Positions 59,603-64,000 of a DNA stretch of 64,000 nucleotides are shown piece by piece. The stretch lies in the IMG/VR virus record IMGVR_UViG_3300021962_000081. One strand, 5' to 3'. The notes beneath the pieces are model-generated. The model did not search any database, had not been told where the DNA came from, and saw only the letters and a program-made list of their open reading frames with translations. Source of the stretch: an uncultured virus (IMG/VR IMGVR_UViG_3300021962_000081). Lineage: Duplodnaviria; Heunggongvirae; Uroviricota; Caudoviricetes. Position numbers and translations under genes: made by a program. Positions within the stretch are counted from its first letter, which is position 1; each line of letters opens with the position of its first letter.

Positions 59603-59849
59603 CGCTTCTATGATGATGCTATGGAATCTTTTACTAACTGTTGTAGTTGGTATTATTGGCTATATTGTTAAAGATAAATTTGATGAGCTTACCCGTCTTA
59701 GTATATTACTTAATAAGACTCGTGAAGAAGTTGCTCGTGATAATGTTACTCAAGCTGAACTAGATAGAATTGTAACTCACTTGGATGTACGATTCTCTAA
59801 ACTAGAAGGCAAGATTGACGAACTTATAAGACAACATCATGCCCAGTAA
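59595..59849 (+). CDS. Single-TM plus coiled-coil protein
   Basis: WN..L..VV..IG, ILLNKTREE.AR..VT, RF.KLE.KID. Confidence 0.55.
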   Translation: MDSASMMMLWNLLLTVVVGIIGYIVKDKFDELTRLSILLNKTREEVARDNVTQAELDRIVTHLDVRFSKLEGKIDELIRQHHAQ

Positions 59850-60225
59850 ATCCAAAGCTCAACATAAACTTATGACAGCAGTAGCTCATAATAAAGCTTT
59901 TGCTAAAAAGGTTGGTATTCCACAATCTGTAGGTAAAGATTTTATGGAAGCTGACAAAGGTAAGAAGTTTAAAAAAGGCGGTGTATCTTTAGCTGTAGGA
60001 CGTGGTGAAAAACTACCTGTATCTAAAGGTGCTGGTTTAACAGCAAAAGGTCGTGCTAAGTATAATGCTGCTACAGGATCTAATTTAAAAGCGCCACAAC
60101 CACAAGGTGGGCCTCGTAAAAGATCATTCTGTGCTCGTATGTCAGGAATGCCTGGTCCAATGAAAGATGAAAAGGGCAGACCTACTCGTAAAGCAGCTTC
60201 TCTAAAACGCTGGAAATGTAATTAA
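59839..60225 (+). CDS. Basic small protein
   Basis: MPS.SK.Q...M.AVAHN..FAKK.GI.QSV; GLTAKGRA.YN; R.RSFCARM..LKRW.C. Confidence 0.65.
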   Translation: MPSKSKAQHKLMTAVAHNKAFAKKVGIPQSVGKDFMEADKGKKFKKGGVSLAVGRGEKLPVSKGAGLTAKGRAKYNAATGSNLKAPQPQGGPRKRSFCARMSGMPGPMKDEKGRPTRKAASLKRWKCN

Positions 60226-60234
60226 GGAACTAAT

Positions 60235-60666
60235 ATGAAAAAAAGATCAACTAATCCAAGAATGGCTATGATGATGGGACGTGCAATGAGACGACCAGCA
60301 CTAGCTGTAAACCCAGCAGTAGCTAGACCAGCTATCAATCCAATGGCTGCTATGGCTGCTGCACCAACAATGAAAAAAGGCGGGAAACTTAAACCTGTAG
60401 AAACAAGTAAGAATCCTGGACTATCAAAATTACCAACGGAGGTTAGAAATAAAATGGGCTACATGAAAAATGGCGGTATGGCAAAAGGATGTGCAACAAA
60501 ATCAGATGCAAAAATGATCGCTAAAAAAGAAGTTAAAGGTCATGAAAAATCTATGCATAAAATGAAATCAGGCGGCAAATGCTACGCTTCTGGTGGTAAG
60601 GCATCTCAATTAGCAAAAGCTAACGGTATTGCTGTTAAAGGCAAATCCAAAGGAAGGATTATTTAA
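60235..60666 (+). CDS. Basic protein with repeated MKxGG motifs
   Basis: MKKGG, MKNGG, MKSGG, YASGG; C-terminal GIAVKGKSKG. Confidence 0.6.
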   Translation: MKKRSTNPRMAMMMGRAMRRPALAVNPAVARPAINPMAAMAAAPTMKKGGKLKPVETSKNPGLSKLPTEVRNKMGYMKNGGMAKGCATKSDAKMIAKKEVKGHEKSMHKMKSGGKCYASGGKASQLAKANGIAVKGKSKGRII

Positions 60667-60668
60667 TC

Positions 60669-60953
60669 ATGGCTGTTATTGAAAAAATTAAGAAGTTTGT
60701 TAAAGACATTACTCCTCCTTCTGGTGAACAAAAAGCTAAGATTGAAGAAAAGCAAATGAAGGTTGAAGAAATGAAAGACCCTCAAGCTGCTCAAAAAAAT
60801 AAAGCTATGTATGATGTAAGCACAGAAGTTAAAAAGTTTGATGACAATTACAAACGTGGTGGCAAAACTAAATGCATGGCTAAAGGTGGTTCAGCATCAG
60901 CTCGTGCAGACGGTATTGCTATTCGTGGCAAAACTAAAGGAAAAATCTGCTAA
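60669..60953 (+). CDS. Basic protein with xxGG motifs
   Basis: YKRGG, MAKGG; RADGIAIRGKTKG. Confidence 0.6.
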   Translation: MAVIEKIKKFVKDITPPSGEQKAKIEEKQMKVEEMKDPQAAQKNKAMYDVSTEVKKFDDNYKRGGKTKCMAKGGSASARADGIAIRGKTKGKIC

Positions 60954-61201
60954 TGAGAGCCTCTCGTGGTATGGGTGATATTGCTCCATCTAAAATGCCT
61001 AAGGGTAAAAAGAAAGCCCGTAGAGATGATACGGACTTTACCCAATATGCCAAAGGTGGCAAGGTTGGTTTGTATGAAAATATTCATAGAAAACGTCAAC
61101 GTATAGCTGCTGGCTCTGGTGAAAAGATGAGAAAGCCTGGATCTAAAGGCGCACCGACAGCAAAACAATTTAAACAAGCTGCTAAAACAGCTAAGAAATA
61201 A
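60953..61201 (+). CDS. Basic protein
   Basis: MRASRGMG, YAKGG, GLYENIH.KR.RI.AGSGE.MR.PG.KGAP. Confidence 0.6.
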   Translation: MRASRGMGDIAPSKMPKGKKKARRDDTDFTQYAKGGKVGLYENIHRKRQRIAAGSGEKMRKPGSKGAPTAKQFKQAAKTAKK

Positions 61202-61209
61202 GGAATTAT

Positions 61210-61275
61210 ATGATTAAGAAATTTGCGCAAAAAATCCTCAAAAAACTTAAGAAATTGCGTATTTTGCAAAAGTAA
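61210..61275 (+). CDS. Putative 21-aa cationic amphipathic peptide
   Basis: MIKKFAQKILKKLKKLRILQK with TAAGGAA RBS; fills the intergenic gap. Confidence 0.45.
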   Translation: MIKKFAQKILKKLKKLRILQK

Positions 61276-61282
61276 ATAGATC

Positions 61283-62230
61283 ATGGCCACCACTACAGGT
61301 ACCAGCTTATTTAATCTAAACATGAATGACCTCATTGAAGAGGCATTTGAACGTTGTGGATTAGAATTAAGAACTGGTTATGATTTTAGAACTGCCAGAC
61401 GAAGCCTTAATCTATTAACGATTGAGTGGGCTAATCGTGGTATTAACCTTTGGACAATTGAAGAAGGTCAAATACCTATGGCTACAGGTCAGATTACATA
61501 CGCTCTTCCAGTAGATACTATTGACTTACTAAGCATGGTAACTAGAACAGGTAATGGTGGACCAAATCAACAAGATATTAACATCAATCGTATATCAGAA
61601 GATACTTATTCAACTATTCCTAATAAGTTGGCTACTGGTCGTCCTATCCAAGTATGGATCAATAGACAAACTGGGATGTCTAATGTAACCACTGTATATT
61701 TAGCTGCGTCTATTAGCGCTACAGATACAACCATCACATTAAGTGATGTATCTGCTATTGCATCAGCTGGATTTATTCAGATTGATAATGAAATTATTTA
61801 CTATCCTAATGTAGATACAGCTAACAATCAATTATTGAATTGTGCTCGTGGTCAAAATAATACAACTGCTGTATTTCATATAGCAACCACAAGCCCACGT
61901 AATTACATTACAGTGCAAAACTTACCAAGCATTAATGTATGGCCTACACCTAACTCTCCTGGTGATCAATATACATTTGTATACTGGAGAATGCGTAGAG
62001 TTCAAGATGCTGGCACGGGTACTACTATAAATGATATTCCATTTAGATTCTTGCCATGCATGGTTGCTGGATTAGCTTATTATTTAGCAATTAAGTCACC
62101 AGCAGTAGATCCAAATAGAGTAGCATTCTTACAATCAGATTATGAAAAACAATGGGATCTAGCATCTCAAGAGGACAGAGAAAAGGCACCGATTAGATTT
62201 GTGCCTAGAAATATGTCTTATATAAGGTAA
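61283..62230 (+). CDS. Head-tail connector/adaptor-like virion protein
   Basis: IEEAFERCG..R.GYD..TARRSLNL...EWANRG.NLWT, WP.P, P.RF.P.MV.GLAYY. Confidence 0.65.
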   Translation: MATTTGTSLFNLNMNDLIEEAFERCGLELRTGYDFRTARRSLNLLTIEWANRGINLWTIEEGQIPMATGQITYALPVDTIDLLSMVTRTGNGGPNQQDININRISEDTYSTIPNKLATGRPIQVWINRQTGMSNVTTVYLAASISATDTTITLSDVSAIASAGFIQIDNEIIYYPNVDTANNQLLNCARGQNNTTAVFHIATTSPRNYITVQNLPSINVWPTPNSPGDQYTFVYWRMRRVQDAGTGTTINDIPFRFLPCMVAGLAYYLAIKSPAVDPNRVAFLQSDYEKQWDLASQEDREKAPIRFVPRNMSYIR

Positions 62231-62233
62231 ATT

Positions 62234-62662
62234 ATGGCTACCAAGTATTCTAGTGGTAAACGCTCAATTGCCGAATGTGACCGATGTGGTCAACGTTATA
62301 AGCTTAAAGAATTAAGAAAGCTTATACTTAAAACAAAACAAATTAGTATCAAGGTATGCCCAGAGTGCTGGGAACCAGATCAACCACAGTTGTTACTTGG
62401 TATGTATCCTGTGAATGATCCACAAGCAGTTCGTGAACCAAGACCAGATGTATCTTATCAAGTATCTGGCAATACTGGATTGCAGATTGGACAAAACAAT
62501 TCCTACAGTATTCAAGATAATGGATATCCACAAGATGGTAGCCGTCAGATTGAATGGGGTTGGAATCCTGTTGGTGGAGCAAGTTCATTTGATACTTTAT
62601 TAACGCCTAACCACCTTATAAGTAATGTTATAATAGGCGATGTAACGATTGTCACAACTTAA
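62234..62662 (+). CDS. Conserved Zn-finger virion-region protein
   Basis: CDRCG..Y....L...VCPECWE.DQPQL...DPQA...PRPD. Confidence 0.65.
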   Translation: MATKYSSGKRSIAECDRCGQRYKLKELRKLILKTKQISIKVCPECWEPDQPQLLLGMYPVNDPQAVREPRPDVSYQVSGNTGLQIGQNNSYSIQDNGYPQDGSRQIEWGWNPVGGASSFDTLLTPNHLISNVIIGDVTIVTT

Positions 62663-62676
62663 TTAGGAGAAACAAA

Positions 62677-62871
62677 ATGGCATACAAAAAAGCAGCTGAT
62701 GGTATTACCAAAACAGGTAAAACTAAAGGCAAAAATCTAGGTGATTCAGGACCTACAGTTGGTATTCAATCTGGAAAAGGTTCAAAAGGAGCTTCTACAG
62801 TAACTTCATTATCTATGAAGAAACTTGGACGCAATTTAGCAAGAGCAATGAATCAAAAAAAAGGTAAATAA
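62677..62871 (+). CDS. Small basic protein
   Basis: ADGI.K.GKTKG; MK..GRNLAR..NQ. Confidence 0.6.
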   Translation: MAYKKAADGITKTGKTKGKNLGDSGPTVGIQSGKGSKGASTVTSLSMKKLGRNLARAMNQKKGK

Positions 62872-62873
62872 TC

Positions 62874-63206
62874 ATGACTAAAGAACGCAAAGTTCCAGTG
62901 TCACCAGCAGAAGCTTATCCTTTAGGTCACGCTAAAGAGAATAAAGACGCTAGTGCATATACTGGATTTAAATATCCTTCTGGTGGTGGTAATGATATTG
63001 GTGTTTACAAACAACCAATGATGAATCCTAACGGCACAGAACATGAATCAGTAGCTATGGCTGGTAACGGCATAAGCAAAATGAATATGTCTGTGGGTGG
63101 TGTTAGTAAAGGTAATTACGCAGAAGTAAACCCATACGGTGTTAAAGAAATGCGTGGTTATGGTGCAGCTACTAAAGGTCGTAAGATTAGCGGCAAACAA
63201 GGCTAA
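62874..63206 (+). CDS. Small basic protein
   Basis: C-terminal MRGYGAATKG motif. Confidence 0.55.
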   Translation: MTKERKVPVSPAEAYPLGHAKENKDASAYTGFKYPSGGGNDIGVYKQPMMNPNGTEHESVAMAGNGISKMNMSVGGVSKGNYAEVNPYGVKEMRGYGAATKGRKISGKQG

Positions 63207-63208
63207 TA

Positions 63209-64000
63209 ATGAATTACGTTCAACTGTATCAAGCGATTCAGGATTATGCAGAAACTACAGAAACACTTTTTGTAGCTAATATTCCTACGTTTGTTCAAGA
63301 AGCTGAAGAACGTATTTATAATTCAGTTCAAATTCCTGCATTACGTAAAAACGTAACAGGTACTTTGACAGCAAGTAATAAATACTTATCACTTCCAAAC
63401 GACTGGTTATCTACATATTCCCTAGCTATTATTAAAGCAGATGGAACGTATGAATATCTTTTAAACAAAGATGTAAACTATATTAGACAAGCTTTTCCAA
63501 GCCCAACAGATACAGGTACACCAACACATTACGCATTATTTGGATCTCAATATACTGCTACTAATGAGCTATCTTTAATATTAGGCCCAACACCTGATGC
63601 TAGTTATAATGCTGAATTGCATTATTTCTACTATCCACCTACCATTGTACAAGGTCAAATTAATTTAATTGCCTCTACAACTTTAGGTTCGTTATATGTA
63701 CCTGGTGTTTACAAAGAAGTTCCATTAACAGGCGGATCAGGATCTGGTGCTACAGCTACTATTGTAATTAACTCATCTGGTTCAGTAAGCTCAATTACAT
63801 TAAATGATGGTGGTCAGTTCTATGTAGTAGGGAATATATTAAGTGCTGCTACATCAAGCTTAGGTGGTTCTGGCTCTGGTTTTACAGCTACTGTAACTGG
63901 TATATCTAATACAACTGGAACTTCATGGTTAGGTGATAACTATGACCCAGTATTGTTTTATGGTTCAATGCGTGAAGCTATGATCTTCCAAAAACAAGAA
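63209..64000 (+). CDS. Phage head-tail adaptor protein, 3'-truncated by the window edge (not in ORF track)
   Basis: MNYVQLYQAIQDY.E...FV..AEERI...LRKNV.G...LNKDVNYIR..P...GPTPD..Y..ELHYFY.P; open to the window end. Confidence 0.75.
   Translation, partial: MNYVQLYQAIQDYAETTETLFVANIPTFVQEAEERIYNSVQIPALRKNVTGTLTASNKYLSLPNDWLSTYSLAIIKADGTYEYLLNKDVNYIRQAFPSPTDTGTPTHYALFGSQYTATNELSLILGPTPDASYNAELHYFYYPPTIVQGQINLIASTTLGSLYVPGVYKEVPLTGGSGSGATATIVINSSGSVSSITLNDGGQFYVVGNILSAATSSLGGSGSGFTATVTGISNTTGTSWLGDNYDPVLFYGSMREAMIFQKQE

Noticed and set aside
1..64000. Alternative genetic code or prophage context
   Set aside because: Conserved genes are intact in code 11 with all three stop codons used. No integrase, att site or host housekeeping flank was seen.

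Overview
The window is most of an AT-rich tailed-phage genome. It has podovirus-like morphogenesis genes, and I recognise no integrase, DNA polymerase, RNA polymerase or tRNA gene. Order: tail-fibre and glycine-rich receptor-binding array (1-14.8 kb), lysis genes, P22-gp10-like hub, internal virion proteins and a 2018-aa polyvalent protein (14.8-30 kb), recombination and middle genes (30-37.3 kb), a reverse-strand pqqA plus 2OG-Fe(II) oxygenase unit and a non-coding regulatory block (37.3-38.7 kb), helicase and Toprim primase (38.7-42.6 kb), a leftward operon of small early genes (42.7-48.8 kb), then terminase, portal, GroES, scaffold, capsid and head-tail genes (49-64 kb). The 23-aa pqqA, missed by the ORF track, points to a Methylophilaceae host. 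Most notable: (1) a ~105-nt promoter-to-terminator sRNA whose three hairpin loops are anti-Shine-Dalgarno-like, two of them complementary to specific phage RBSs; (2) an adjacent ~310-nt highly structured RNA candidate; (3) an ~11.6-kb zone with no GTAC, GCWGC or CCWGG sites, ending at terS; (4) a duplicated hub plus three-anchor architecture for receptor-binding proteins; (5) a short xxGG motif shared by many unrelated virion-region proteins. All family calls come from motif recognition by eye. No searches or folding programs were run.
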